Below, piece by piece: positions 8,476 through 19,200 of a stretch of 45,640 bases of DNA. The DNA comes from a virus (taxonomy: Duplodnaviria > Heunggongvirae > Uroviricota > Caudoviricetes): IMG/VR virus record IMGVR_UViG_3300029873_000387, one strand, 5' to 3'. Within the stretch, counting starts at the first letter, position 1, and every line of letters starts with the position of its first letter. Position numbers and translations under genes: made by a program. The notes below the pieces were generated by a model. It was not told the DNA's origin. It worked only from the letters and a program-made list of their open reading frames with translations, and did not search any database.

Positions 8476-9003
8476 ATGGCTTATACAGTTATCCGTACCG
8501 ATTTGATGAGCGGTACCAAACAGCCTGCTGACCTTGTTTCTCTGCGCTTTTATGATGCAAACGGCAAGCAGGCCGAGGTGGAAAACGGCGTCATCGTCAA
8601 GCTTCAGGGCTATGAAGACGGTGAGCGTGAGGTGATGAAGGCTGTCGCCGCAACTGCGTCCGATGACCTGAACGAGTGCGCTATCGTTGCTGGCGTTGAG
8701 GTCATGTATGACGAGCGCAAGAAGAACCTCGACGAGTACATCAACGAGGCTGGCAAGGCTGTGCGTGGTTACATTCCCCGCAGCCGCAACATTTTCTCTG
8801 TGACCAAAGAGGGCTTTGTCGGTGGTACCGTCCCCACCAAGGGTGCTGAGGTCGGCATTGGTACCGGCGGCAAGATTGACGCTGCTGGCACCGGTCTTGG
8901 CGTTTGCGTTGATGTCGAGGTTGCCGGTCGTTACACCTATTATGCCATTAAGCTGGGTAAGACTGAGGCCACTGCTGCAGCCAATCCCGGTTCCGGCGAC
9001 TAA
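8476..9003 (+). CDS. Capsid decoration / head accessory protein (putative)
   Basis: 175 aa, Gly/Ala-rich, strong RBS AAGGAGG, immediately before the major capsid gene. Confidence 0.55.
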   Translation: MAYTVIRTDLMSGTKQPADLVSLRFYDANGKQAEVENGVIVKLQGYEDGEREVMKAVAATASDDLNECAIVAGVEVMYDERKKNLDEYINEAGKAVRGYIPRSRNIFSVTKEGFVGGTVPTKGAEVGIGTGGKIDAAGTGLGVCVDVEVAGRYTYYAIKLGKTEATAAANPGSGD

Positions 9004-9023
9004 TTTGAGAGGAGGACTTAACT

Positions 9024-10037
9024 ATGGCTGAAATGAAAGATATCGTCAAGATTGCCGTTGATGCCTATCACGGTAATGTTGAGCAGTATTCCGTCGGTCA
9101 GTCTATGGAGCTTTTGCAGAAGGCTCTGATTGAGGCCAACGGCGGCAGCACAACTTTGAACTATAAAAACATCCGTGACGGTAAGTGCAGTGGTCTGTTT
9201 ACTCTGATTGAGGAAGTTCTCAGCCGCACCGTCGTGGAAGGCCTGCAGGGCGATGAGTATTTCAATGCGCTGGTTGACTTCCGCAATGTTGCCGAGGGCG
9301 ACAAGAACCTCTTTGAGGTGGAGGACAGCAACCTGTTCATTGTGTCCGAGGCTGCAGACGGTACTCAGGGTATCCGTCGTCAGCGTCTTGGCGGCTACAG
9401 CGAAGTGTCTATTCCCACTTCTCTGAAGGTCGTGAAGATTTACGAGGAACTCAACCGTGTGCTTTCCGGTCGTGTTGACTTCAACCACTTCATTAACAAG
9501 GTGGCCGAGTCCTTCCGCCAGAAGCTGCTTAATGATGTGTATGCCCTGTGGAGCAATGCATCTGCGCAGGACTTTGGCGGCGTGACCTATTTCCCCGCTG
9601 CCGGTGCTTACGACGAGGACGAGCTGCTCGACCTGATTGCCCATGTCGAGGCTGCCGCCGGTGGCAAGGCTGCAACCATCATCGGCACTAAGAAGGCTAT
9701 CCGTAACCTGGATGTCACTCCTATGGGCGACAAGGCTAAGGAAGACCTGTACAACATGGGCTACGCCGGTAAGTTCTACGGCACCCCCGTTGTGGTGGCC
9801 CCCCAGCGTCATAAGGTCGGCTCTACCGACTTTGTGCTGGCAGACGATATGCTGACCATCATTGCCGGTGATGACAAGCCCATCAAATGCGTGTACGAAG
9901 GCGACCCCATTGTTATCATGGGTGAGCCCACCGCTAATGGTGACCTGACTCAGGAATATCTGTATGGCGAGAAGTACGGCATGGGCATCGTCCTTGCTGG
10001 CGGCAACGCCGGTATTGGCCGTTACGAAATTGCCTAA
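9024..10037 (+). CDS. Major capsid protein (putative)
   Basis: 337 aa, strong RBS, biased codon usage, GKFYGTPVV P-domain-like motif, followed by a hairpin. Confidence 0.8.
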   Translation: MAEMKDIVKIAVDAYHGNVEQYSVGQSMELLQKALIEANGGSTTLNYKNIRDGKCSGLFTLIEEVLSRTVVEGLQGDEYFNALVDFRNVAEGDKNLFEVEDSNLFIVSEAADGTQGIRRQRLGGYSEVSIPTSLKVVKIYEELNRVLSGRVDFNHFINKVAESFRQKLLNDVYALWSNASAQDFGGVTYFPAAGAYDEDELLDLIAHVEAAAGGKAATIIGTKKAIRNLDVTPMGDKAKEDLYNMGYAGKFYGTPVVVAPQRHKVGSTDFVLADDMLTIIAGDDKPIKCVYEGDPIVIMGEPTANGDLTQEYLYGEKYGMGIVLAGGNAGIGRYEIA

Positions 10038-10059
10038 CGGATAAACAGCAGACAGAAAA

Positions 10060-10082
10060 GCGGGGCTCCTTGTGAGCCCCGC
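10060..10082 (+). terminator. Hairpin after major capsid gene
   Basis: GCGGGGCTC-CTTGT-GAGCCCCGC perfect 9-bp stem. Confidence 0.6.
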
Positions 10083-10105
10083 ATTATGTATGAAAGGGAG
10101 ATGTT

Positions 10106-10669
10106 ATGTCTAACGAAACCGTAACCAAGCCCAGAACGCGCCGCAGTTCGACGGTGGGCACAAACGCTGTTGCAGAGCGGCCTGCTGCGGAAGTCTCTGA
10201 AGCCACAAAAAAGCCTGTAGTGCCGAAGGAGATTGACCCCAATCAGATTATCACTGTTCGCAATGGTTTTCAGGGGCGTCTTGTTTATAAGAGTAAGCGC
10301 ACCGGTGAGCGTTGGAGCTGGGAGTCTTTTGGTGCAGAGCAGGATATGGAGCTGAGCGAATTGAAAAACGCAAGGAACTCCAACAAGAAATATTTCATCA
10401 ACAACTGGTTCATGTTTGATGAGGACTGGGTTATCGACTATCTCGGTATGAGACAGTATTACAAGAACTCTTTGAACATTCAGGATTTCGACCAGTTGTT
10501 CAAGAAACCCGTTGGCGAGATTGAGGATATTATTTCCAAGCTCTCGGAGGGACAGCGGAAGTCTGTGGCGTATCGCGCCAAGCAGCTTATCGCAGAGGAG
10601 GAAATCGATTCAAACCGGGTGATTAACACATTGGAGAAATGTCTTGGTGTTGAGCTGGTGGAACGATAA
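10106..10669 (+). CDS. Hypothetical phage head-region protein
   Basis: 187-aa ORF with RBS, in operon. Confidence 0.75.
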   Translation: MSNETVTKPRTRRSSTVGTNAVAERPAAEVSEATKKPVVPKEIDPNQIITVRNGFQGRLVYKSKRTGERWSWESFGAEQDMELSELKNARNSNKKYFINNWFMFDEDWVIDYLGMRQYYKNSLNIQDFDQLFKKPVGEIEDIISKLSEGQRKSVAYRAKQLIAEEEIDSNRVINTLEKCLGVELVER

Positions 10670-10685
10670 AGGAGCGTGACGGTGA

Positions 10686-11135
10686 ATGAGTGTTTCTTAT
10701 GATGTGTTCACAGATGCGTTCCTCTCTAAAGTATCAGAATTTGATTTTGTCAATATGCGTGTATTTGAGCGCAACTCTTTGATTGACGGTTACATGAAGC
10801 GAGCCATTGCAGCTTTCAGAAAAATCTGCAAGTACGACCTCTCGACTACCGGCGATGATGTTATCCGTGAGTTTGATATCGATATTGCCGACGGAGATTT
10901 GGATGAGCTGGCAGATATTATTTCCGAGGGTATGCTGGTACAGTGGATGAAACCTTTTACATACAGGCAGGAAAGTCTTGAGAGCGTCCTGAACACAAGA
11001 GACTTTACCACCTATTCCCCCGCCGAACTGCTGATGCGGATTGGAAACGCATACAAAGCAGCTCAAAAGGATTTTACGAATATGATGAGGGAGTATTCGT
11101 ACAACCACGGGGATTTGACGGACTTGCATATATGA
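10686..11135 (+). CDS. Head-tail adaptor/connector (putative)
   Basis: 149 aa, helical-looking, position after capsid genes. Confidence 0.5.
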   Translation: MSVSYDVFTDAFLSKVSEFDFVNMRVFERNSLIDGYMKRAIAAFRKICKYDLSTTGDDVIREFDIDIADGDLDELADIISEGMLVQWMKPFTYRQESLESVLNTRDFTTYSPAELLMRIGNAYKAAQKDFTNMMREYSYNHGDLTDLHI

Positions 11136-11476
11136 TGATTCAGACCACGGTGGGCGTGCCGATGGACGCCACGATGCTGAATAACTATTTCCGCGCCCTC
11201 GTAAATCTTTTCTTCAAGATTCTTCCTATTAAGGAAAGCGGAGAAAGTTCATTGGAGGTTTATATGAGAAGTCTCCAGGCGGAACTGCTTGGGTGTAAGG
11301 AGCTTATCGAAGCAATTCACGACGACCCGCTTCTTCTGTCATTGATTGCAATTTTGCAATACCTGATTGATACGCCCGAATGCGAAGTAAGCGTTGTAAA
11401 GCGAGAGGTGTTTCGCGCCATTTCGATTTGCAACAAGCTGAAAGCGAGGTATGCCGTACAGCAGGAGGTGTCATAA
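11132..11476 (+). CDS. Hypothetical phage protein
   Basis: Overlapping start/stop with both neighbours. Confidence 0.7.
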   Translation: MMIQTTVGVPMDATMLNNYFRALVNLFFKILPIKESGESSLEVYMRSLQAELLGCKELIEAIHDDPLLLSLIAILQYLIDTPECEVSVVKREVFRAISICNKLKARYAVQQEVS

Positions 11477-12255
11477 TGAATCCCTGGAGTACTTATCAGG
11501 CCAGAATGGCGGCAAACGGCACAAATAAAAGGGACGCCGTAAAGCGTAGAGAGTGTGCCTTTTTGAACACAAAGCTTCCTTCAAGTCTGTCCTACCACAA
11601 GCTGACTATAGATGGGCAGCCACGCGAGTTAGCAGTTATCAATTCGGACAATCTGAATATGAAAACACTGTGTACAATGCCGGGAGAAGATTTGCCGCAC
11701 GGCGGCCTTGTGCATTGGATGGACAATTATTGGCTTATCACAGAAAAGGATGCCAACAGCGAACTGTACGCCAAAGGCACTATGCAGCAGTGTAATTATC
11801 TGTTGCGTTGGGTAGCGGCTGATGGAACGATTGTTGAGCGATGGTGTATCATCACAGACGGAACAAAATACCTGACCGGTGAATACGGCGACAACGAATA
11901 CATTGTCGTTCGTGGTGACTCCAGAGTGTCCATGACGATTGCAAAGGATGAGTACTCTATTCAGTTGAACCGCGAAAGCAGATTCTTGATTGATGACTAT
12001 GACTCTCATAATGTTCTCGCCTATCGTCTGACAAAGCCGTTTAAGCTTGGCGGAAGCTTCAATGGAACCGGCGTTCTGAATTATGTTCTGACAGAATGTA
12101 ATACCGAGGACACCGATAACTTTGAACTGCACATTGCCAACTATTACAAGTACTTCCCGAGAGAAGGGCAGGAAGGTACGCCTGATGAGCCCGGCAAAGA
12201 TGGCGAAGAAACACCGGGCGGTGACACTCCCGGCGGAAAGAAGGTGTGGTTCTGA
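11476..12255 (+). CDS. Head-closure / neck protein (putative)
   Basis: TAATG coupling, RBS AGGAGGTG; beta-rich sequence in neck position. Confidence 0.5.
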   Translation: MNPWSTYQARMAANGTNKRDAVKRRECAFLNTKLPSSLSYHKLTIDGQPRELAVINSDNLNMKTLCTMPGEDLPHGGLVHWMDNYWLITEKDANSELYAKGTMQQCNYLLRWVAADGTIVERWCIITDGTKYLTGEYGDNEYIVVRGDSRVSMTIAKDEYSIQLNRESRFLIDDYDSHNVLAYRLTKPFKLGGSFNGTGVLNYVLTECNTEDTDNFELHIANYYKYFPREGQEGTPDEPGKDGEETPGGDTPGGKKVWF

Positions 12256-12755
12256 TGCAGCTTGAAGAGTTCTATGACTATAAGAACCAACTGATGGATG
12301 ACCTGCTGACAAATGCAGAAATCATTCGCCTTTTGGACGACAACTACAAGGACAGCGACCAACCGGAGAGGTTTGTATATTCACAGGTATTTCCTTTTGA
12401 ATATGTACCGGACACCATTGAGCATGGTCAGACCTTTATCTGCTGTGATGTGGATGTACAAAAGTCGCTAAATAAAACCTTTTTAATTCCCGTTCTGTAT
12501 GTTTGGGTCTTTACCCATAAAAGCAAGATGAAGCTGCCAAAGGGTGGCGTCAGAGTGGACAGGCTGTGTTCTGAAATTGCCAAAGCGGTAAACGGAAGCA
12601 GGTACTACGGGCTTGGCGAGATGGATTTATACGCAGTAAAAAGGTTCGCTCCGGTGACGGATTATCAGGGAAAGGTCATGACATTCCAGGCAAAGGATTT
12701 CAACCGGGTATCGCCCACGGGCAAGCCCGTTCCATCCAACAGGAAGACCGGATAA
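12255..12755 (+). CDS. Tail terminator / neck protein (putative)
   Basis: TGATG coupling; LYVWVFTH...RVDRLCSEI pattern and position before the tail tube gene. Confidence 0.5.
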   Translation: MQLEEFYDYKNQLMDDLLTNAEIIRLLDDNYKDSDQPERFVYSQVFPFEYVPDTIEHGQTFICCDVDVQKSLNKTFLIPVLYVWVFTHKSKMKLPKGGVRVDRLCSEIAKAVNGSRYYGLGEMDLYAVKRFAPVTDYQGKVMTFQAKDFNRVSPTGKPVPSNRKTG

Positions 12756-13472
12756 ATGCGCACAAGAAATATGCTTTATCGGCGTGAGTACGACATCAAT
12801 GATGCTATTCACATCAAGATTCCAACGGTTGGAGAAATCTTGGAATGTGAAGATGGGTACTACAGCATTGTGGCGATGCTGACGGCTATGCCGATTGATA
12901 TGATGGTTCAGCTTGATGATATCGGAATCGACTTTACCACCATTGATGAATATGACCTTTTCCTTCTTTTGGTCGGCACCCTGAAAGAACAAGATACCTC
13001 TCTTGTTTTTGCAGACCTTGATTTGAAACGATTCCAAGCTGCCGTAAACGAGCAGAACGGGAACATCGTGTTGGTCGATGAAAGTTCAGGGGTAGTTATC
13101 GACCGAGCCATTCACGCACAGATTGCCGGTGCGCTCAGGAAAATTCACCATCTTGAGAAGGATAATCGCAAACCAGCCAACGGTGAAGCCAAAGAATACA
13201 TGATTGAACGCGCACGCAAAAAAATGCGCAGACAGCGCAACCGAGAAAACGCTTCTCAACTTGAGGAGTTGATTGTTGCGCTCGTCAATACAGAACAGTA
13301 CCACTATGGATTTGAGGGGACACGAGAACTTTCAATCTATCAGTTCAACGAAAGCGTGCGACAGATTATCAAGAAAATCGACTATGACAACAAGATGCAC
13401 GGCATCTATGCTGGCACAGTCAGCGCAAAAGACCTAAGCCAAGACGATTGGAATTGGCTAACCCATAAATAG
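12756..13472 (+). CDS. Hypothetical phage tail-region protein
   Basis: 238-aa ORF abutting the upstream stop. Confidence 0.7.
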   Translation: MRTRNMLYRREYDINDAIHIKIPTVGEILECEDGYYSIVAMLTAMPIDMMVQLDDIGIDFTTIDEYDLFLLLVGTLKEQDTSLVFADLDLKRFQAAVNEQNGNIVLVDESSGVVIDRAIHAQIAGALRKIHHLEKDNRKPANGEAKEYMIERARKKMRRQRNRENASQLEELIVALVNTEQYHYGFEGTRELSIYQFNESVRQIIKKIDYDNKMHGIYAGTVSAKDLSQDDWNWLTHK

Positions 13473-13485
13473 GAGGAATGTCTAT

Positions 13486-14280
13486 ATGAATATCAATGAT
13501 ATCACTATCACCAGCCTTGAGACCATCAATGCTTTTGATATCGTGACAGGCGCCTACAAGTTCACTCTGGATGAGCTGCAGAATGCGACCATTGCACAGA
13601 CTCAGGAGAAGACCGATATTACCGGTAAGCAGGGTCGCAAGCTGAACTCTCTGAAGAAGAACAAGGCTGTTACCGTCAGCGGCACCAATGGTCTTGTGTC
13701 CGGTGGTCTGCTCGAACTGCAGGTTGGCAGCGAGTTCGAGAATAAGAAGACCACTGTGAAGTGGACGGATTATCTTACCGTTACCGGTAATGCGGCTGCC
13801 ACACAGTACAAGGCCGTCGGTACGACCGGCAACGAGATTGAGTCTGTTTATGTCAAGAAAGCCGACGGCACTCTTGGCAAGACGCTGACTCAGGGCGCCG
13901 AAGTTGCCGAGGGCGTGTTCACCTACAATCCCACCAGCAAGGCGCTTGCCTTCAACGAGGGCGAGATTGCTGATGGCACTGAAATTGTCGTGTTCTATAT
14001 GCGTCAGATTCAGGCCGATGTTCTGGAGAACCTGAGCGACCACTACTCTGGCAAGTGTGCTCTGTACATTGACGCTTTCGCCGAGGATAAGTGCGCCAAT
14101 GTGTTCCGTATTCAGTTCTATATCCCCAAGGCTGACTTCAACGGCGAGTTCAGCTTCGAGATGGGCGATAACCAGACTGTTCATGCTTTTGAGGCAGAAT
14201 CTCTGTCTGGCGCCTGCGGCACCAGCGGCGCCCTGTGGACTTATACCATCTTCGGTGCAAACGCTGAGGATGTTGCCTAA
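13486..14280 (+). CDS. Major tail (tube) protein (putative)
   Basis: 264 aa, strong RBS AGGAGG, biased codons, QFYIPKADFNGEFSFEM tube-like C-terminal motif. Confidence 0.72.
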   Translation: MNINDITITSLETINAFDIVTGAYKFTLDELQNATIAQTQEKTDITGKQGRKLNSLKKNKAVTVSGTNGLVSGGLLELQVGSEFENKKTTVKWTDYLTVTGNAAATQYKAVGTTGNEIESVYVKKADGTLGKTLTQGAEVAEGVFTYNPTSKALAFNEGEIADGTEIVVFYMRQIQADVLENLSDHYSGKCALYIDAFAEDKCANVFRIQFYIPKADFNGEFSFEMGDNQTVHAFEAESLSGACGTSGALWTYTIFGANAEDVA

Positions 14281-14297
14281 GAAAGTTGGTGACACAG

Positions 14298-14564
14298 ATG
14301 GCTTCTGCGGTCAAAAAATGCCGGGTATGCGGTAAGGAATATGAAGCCTGCCGTAGTGCCAATCGAGCTGCAGGTGTATTTCGCTGGCAGGAAGTAGCTT
14401 GTTCGCCTGAGTGCGGTGCAATCTATCTGCAAAAGATTAACGAATCTCGTGGGATTGTTAATCCGCAGAAGAAGACCAAGCGCAAGAAGTGCGCAGAGCC
14501 TGTCATTGAACAGGTGGTTGTTAATGCTGAGCTTATCGGTGAGAAACCTGTGGAAGAGGAATAA
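14298..14564 (+). CDS. Small Cys-rich (Zn-binding) protein
   Basis: CRVC...C...CSPEC motifs. Confidence 0.65.
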   Translation: MASAVKKCRVCGKEYEACRSANRAAGVFRWQEVACSPECGAIYLQKINESRGIVNPQKKTKRKKCAEPVIEQVVVNAELIGEKPVEEE

Positions 14565-14570
14565 GTAACC

Positions 14571-14602
14571 GGGAGGGTGGAGTAATCCGCCCTCCCTTTT
14601 TC
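14571..14602 (+). terminator. Intrinsic terminator
   Basis: GGGAGGGTGG-AGTAAT-CCGCCCTCCC followed by a T-tract. Confidence 0.75.
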
Positions 14603-14615
14603 TATTAGGAGAGAT

Positions 14616-15071
14616 ATGGCGAGAACAAAATTCAATGTTGACAAAGACAAAGACAAACGAACATTCGCAGGAATTGTGTTCGACAGTCAGCTTGAGATGA
14701 AATATTTTCGTGATGTGCTTTGTCCCAGAGTGGAAAGCGGTGATGTGGTTCATTTTGAACTACAGAAAAAATATGAACTGCAACCAAAGTTCACACACGA
14801 TGGAAAGACGGTGTTACCGATTACCTATGTGGCAGATTTCTACATAGAGTATGCCGACGGACATACAGAGGTGATTGATACCAAGGGTTGTCCGGACAGC
14901 GTTGCTAAAATCAAGCGAAAAATGTTCTGGCACAATTATCCAGATGTGCGCTATCGATGGATTACCTATGTAAAAAAATGGGGCGGCTGGCTGGACTATG
15001 AGGCCGTACAGACTTTGCGCAAAGAACAAAAGCGCAATAAGAACAAAAAGGAGGACGCAGACAATGGCTGA
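14616..15071 (+). CDS. DUF1064-like PD-(D/E)xK endonuclease
   Basis: GIVFDSQLE, LQKKYELQPKF, ITYVADF, VIDTKG motifs. Confidence 0.75.
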   Translation: MARTKFNVDKDKDKRTFAGIVFDSQLEMKYFRDVLCPRVESGDVVHFELQKKYELQPKFTHDGKTVLPITYVADFYIEYADGHTEVIDTKGCPDSVAKIKRKMFWHNYPDVRYRWITYVKKWGGWLDYEAVQTLRKEQKRNKNKKEDADNG

Positions 15072-15651
15072 TAAAGAGAAGAAGATTTCGATTGCATCTT
15101 TTGATAAGGTGTTGAAGGAGCAGGCTGTTCCGAATACTACAGAACACTGGTTTGGTAACGAGGTCGTTATCAAGCATACGATTTCGATTGCACAGATGTT
15201 GGCATTCGTAGACAATGTTGTGTCCAGCTGTTTCCATGACGAGGGGTATATGCCGGAGGTCAAAGACCTGCTGATTAAAAGTAACCTCTTGACCCGGTAT
15301 GCAAACTTCACGCTCCCCGAAAATCTGGAACACCGATACACACTTATTTACAACACGGACGCCGTGGCGATGGTGAGCAGGCATATCAGCTCTGCCCAGT
15401 TTGATGAAATCCTTCGGGCGATTGATGAGAAAATCGACTATATCTGCAACACCAATATCATGGCGATTGAAAAGCAGATGCAGCAGCTTGCGGCGTCCTT
15501 TGAGGATGTTTCCAAAAAGACCTCCGAAATGTTTGCCGGGGTAAACGGCAGTGATATTGCGAAGCTGATTGGCGCTATTGATAAGAGTGGAGTTGATGAG
15601 CAGAAGCTTGTACAGGCATTCCTTGAGCAAAGAGAGGATTATAAGGAATGA
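15064..15651 (+). CDS. Hypothetical protein, possible tail assembly chaperone
   Basis: RBS AGGAGG; between tail tube and tape measure. Confidence 0.55.
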   Translation: MADKEKKISIASFDKVLKEQAVPNTTEHWFGNEVVIKHTISIAQMLAFVDNVVSSCFHDEGYMPEVKDLLIKSNLLTRYANFTLPENLEHRYTLIYNTDAVAMVSRHISSAQFDEILRAIDEKIDYICNTNIMAIEKQMQQLAASFEDVSKKTSEMFAGVNGSDIAKLIGAIDKSGVDEQKLVQAFLEQREDYKE

Positions 15652-16241
15652 GCTTGTCAAGCAAGCTGAACGCATGGATTAAGTCTCCGCAGGGGCAAGC
15701 CCGTTTACAGGAAAAGATGGCGGAATACACCAGAGATGGTGTGGAAAGAACTGCCGCCGGAGATTCTATCGTCCCAGAGAAGCGTATCTGGGAAGCCGCT
15801 GCAAAGTTCATACAGGTTCTTCAGATGACAGCCAAAAGCTATGACCTGCCTGAATCTGTGATGAAGCACATTGATGAGATGGACAGCGGAAGCATCATTC
15901 GTGTTGGTGACGGATTCGAGGTTCCGCTATATTTTGGCGGCGACCTGCATCGTGAGTCCCTTGAAAATGATGCTACGAGCTATGGTGGAATCGACAACAT
16001 TGTGGCTCTGTTCAACAATGGCTACCATGCATCCAACTATGTATATGGTTGGTGGAATGGTCATTCGCCATCCGGGGAGGCTATTAGTCGCTCGCTGTAC
16101 AACGAAGACTTTGCATGGGTGCGCAGCAAAAAAGAGCGTGAAGCACTGAAGTTTATTCAACAGGCAATCAGCGACTTCAATGGGAACTATGGTTCCGACT
16201 ACAATGTAACTGCGGTTGCCGCAGACATATATGAACAATAA
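15648..16241 (+). CDS. Hypothetical tail-region protein
   Basis: ATGA overlap with the upstream gene; 197 aa. Confidence 0.65.
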   Translation: MSLSSKLNAWIKSPQGQARLQEKMAEYTRDGVERTAAGDSIVPEKRIWEAAAKFIQVLQMTAKSYDLPESVMKHIDEMDSGSIIRVGDGFEVPLYFGGDLHRESLENDATSYGGIDNIVALFNNGYHASNYVYGWWNGHSPSGEAISRSLYNEDFAWVRSKKEREALKFIQQAISDFNGNYGSDYNVTAVAADIYEQ

Positions 16242-16247
16242 ATTTTG

Positions 16248-16275
16248 AAAGGCTTGGCTTTGTGCCAAGCCTTTT
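16248..16275 (+). terminator. Hairpin / terminator before tape measure gene
   Basis: AAAGGCTTGGC-TTTGT-GCCAAGCCTTT followed by T. Confidence 0.6.
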
Positions 16276-16289
16276 CTTCGTAAAGGACG

Positions 16290-19200
16290 GTGATGACGAT
16301 GGCAATGGATGCAGATGTACGGTTACTAATCGGCGTAGCTCGCGGTGGTGCTGATGGTGACAGCGAGGCTCTGATTCGCAAAGAGCTTGCTGAAATCATG
16401 AAGAATATCAAGGCTACCGTGACAGTTGACACCAAGACATTTGGCGAGCAACTGCGTAAGGAACTGGATGCCATTAGCAACAGCGGCAAATTCTATGTCA
16501 ATTTGTCGAAAATTAGAATCGGTGCCGGTGCCATTACTGACTTCAGAAAACAGTTAAGCGCCGTCATTAACACAATCAACCTTGATAAGGGAACGAGCAT
16601 TACCCTTACCGCCGAAAACATCGGCGAAGTCAAGTCAAAACTGAAGGACGCAGGTGATGCTGCAGACGAAGCTGCCCGCAAAGTTGCAGCGTTCAAAGTG
16701 CAGATGGAGGCGCTTGGTCACCAGAAGACCGTTGTACAGAGAAGCCTGAACGGCTTGGTTGACAGCGGTGTATCTGAGAGCGAGAGCCAGCGTGTGGCGT
16801 CGCTGGTGGAGCAGTATCGTCTGTGGGCGATGAGCGTGGAGACTGTTCGCGCTTCCAAAGAAGCTACAAGCGACGAGTACAGGCTTAGCTTAGAAGCCGA
16901 AGGCGCAGCTATTCTGGAGAACATTAACCGGATTTATGCAGAACGCCAGGCTGCGGAGGAGGCCGCTGCGGCAGAGGCCGCTGCGGCGAGAAGTGCTGAG
17001 GCTGCCAATAAGGAAAAGATGGCAACCATCAACGAGGTCATCAGCGCCTATAAGAAAGTCAGCACCTACATTGACAAGAATCCTCGCATTGATGGCACAG
17101 AGCTGGAACAGCTCACACTGATGCGTGAGCAGCTGCTCGGTGTATGGAACGACAGCAAGAATGCTGCCGATGGCATGACGAGCATGAGCAAGACAGACTT
17201 GCGAAAGCTGCTGTCTGATTTTGCTGCACTGGACACTTCTATTACGGAGTCCGGCAAGAAGGGCAATACGCTTGTTGGAATCATTTCATCCGCTTATAAG
17301 AAGTTTGGCGGATGGATGCTGGTGACGAGAAGCCTGATGGTCATGGTCAACAACTTCAAGCAGATGGTGACCAATGTGCGGGCGCTGGATGCCGCCATGA
17401 CCGAATTGAAGAAAGTTACCGACGAGACCAGAGCAACCTATGCTCAGTTCTTCAACGAGGCAGCCGTGCGTGCCAAGAGTCTCGGTGCAACACTGACCGA
17501 TACGATTACAGCAACAGCGGACTTTGCGAGACTGGGCTACTCCATCAGTGAAGCGGCAGAGTTAGCAGATGCTGCGTTGGTCTACAAGAATGTTGGCGAT
17601 GGTATCAATGATATTTCTGAAGCATCGGAAAGCGTCATTTCTACCATGAAGGCATTCGGCATCGAAGCTGCCAATGTGATGACCATCGTTGACAAATTCA
17701 ATGAGGTCGGCAACCGGTTTGCCATTTCTTCAAAGGGCGTGGGCGACGCATTGGTGCGTTCTGCTTCCGCTCTTGCAGCCGCCGGTAACAGTTTGGACGA
17801 AAGTATTGCCCTTGTAACAGCGGCGAACAATGTTGTGCAAGACCCTGAGAAGGTCGGTACAACAATGAAGACCGTTTCCATGTATCTTCGTGCAGCAAAG
17901 ACCGAAGCGGAAGAAGCTGGTGAAAGCACAGAAGGTATGGCGGAGAGTGTCTCCAAGCTGAGAAAAGAAATCCTGGCGCTGACCAGCGGACGAGTCGATA
18001 TCCAACTGGATGAAGATACTTTCAAAAGCACCTATCAGATTTTGAAAGAACTCTCCGAGGTATGGGGAGACCTTACCGATATTACCAAAGCCAACATCAT
18101 GGAGATGATTGGTGGTAAGCGAAACAGCAATGTGGTGGCCTCGCTGCTGAATAACTTTGCAGATGCAGAGGCTGTTCTTGAAGTAGCTGCGGATTCTGCG
18201 GGTTCTGCCCTCAATGAGAATGAGAAGTATCTCGACTCTATCAACGGTAAGATTGCTCAGTTCCAGGCAGCTTTTGAAAAGCTCTCCGCATCCTTTGTAA
18301 GCTCCGGGCTTGTTAAAGGCGTTATAGACGGCGGCACAGCAATTCTCGAAACGCTGACCGCAATCATCGATAAGCTGGGTTCATTCCCTGCTTTGATTTC
18401 CACAATCACCGCAGCTGTAACTGCGTATAGTGGTGCCAAAGGAAAGAACCTCGGAATCTTTGATGTCGTTGATGGGAAGATAGGCATTTCCGGTGGCATT
18501 ACGGATTGGTCTGCTGCTAACAAAAATATTGCTGAGTACAACAAGGTGCTTAGCTCGTCCATACAGACACAGCAGATATTTATCAAATATCTTGATGGCA
18601 CTGACGATTCTCTGTCTGGGTATTTGAAGTCGCTGAACGGTGGCAAGGCCTCCATGTCTGGCTACAAGGCGTACTGCAAACAGGCCGGTGTGGAGACGAA
18701 AGCGTTTGGAGCAAGTTCAAAAGCAGCGGCGATTGGCGTCACGGCGCTTAACACAGCCATCAATATGCTCATCTCGCTGGGAATTGGATTGGTGATTCAG
18801 GGCATCATCACAGGCATTACGCATCTGATTAACGCCAGCGATGAAGCGATTGAAAAAGCGAATGAACTGACCAATGCGTTCAATGAGTTCCGTCAGACAA
18901 ACTCCGATAATATCGACAAATTACAGTCGCTGAAGGAAGAGTTTGAGACACTGTCAGTTGGTGTTTCCCGTTACGGCGAAAATATTTCGCTGACCGCTGA
19001 TGAGTATGACAGATATAAGCAAATCGTTCAGACGATTGTGGATATCTCTCCTGCTTTGTCAGAGGGGTATAGCATTGAAAACGGTTATCTTGCGGACAAG
19101 AACGAACTGATTGAGCGTGCCATTGAGCTGCAGGAACAGCAGTACAAGAGCGAACTCCGGCAGATGACAACCACAGAAAAGCTTTCTGAGGTTATCAAGG

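Noticed and set aside
15064..16241. Programmed frameshift in tail assembly chaperone genes
   Set aside because: No convincing slippery heptamer near the junction; the genes are joined by an ordinary ATGA overlap with an RBS.
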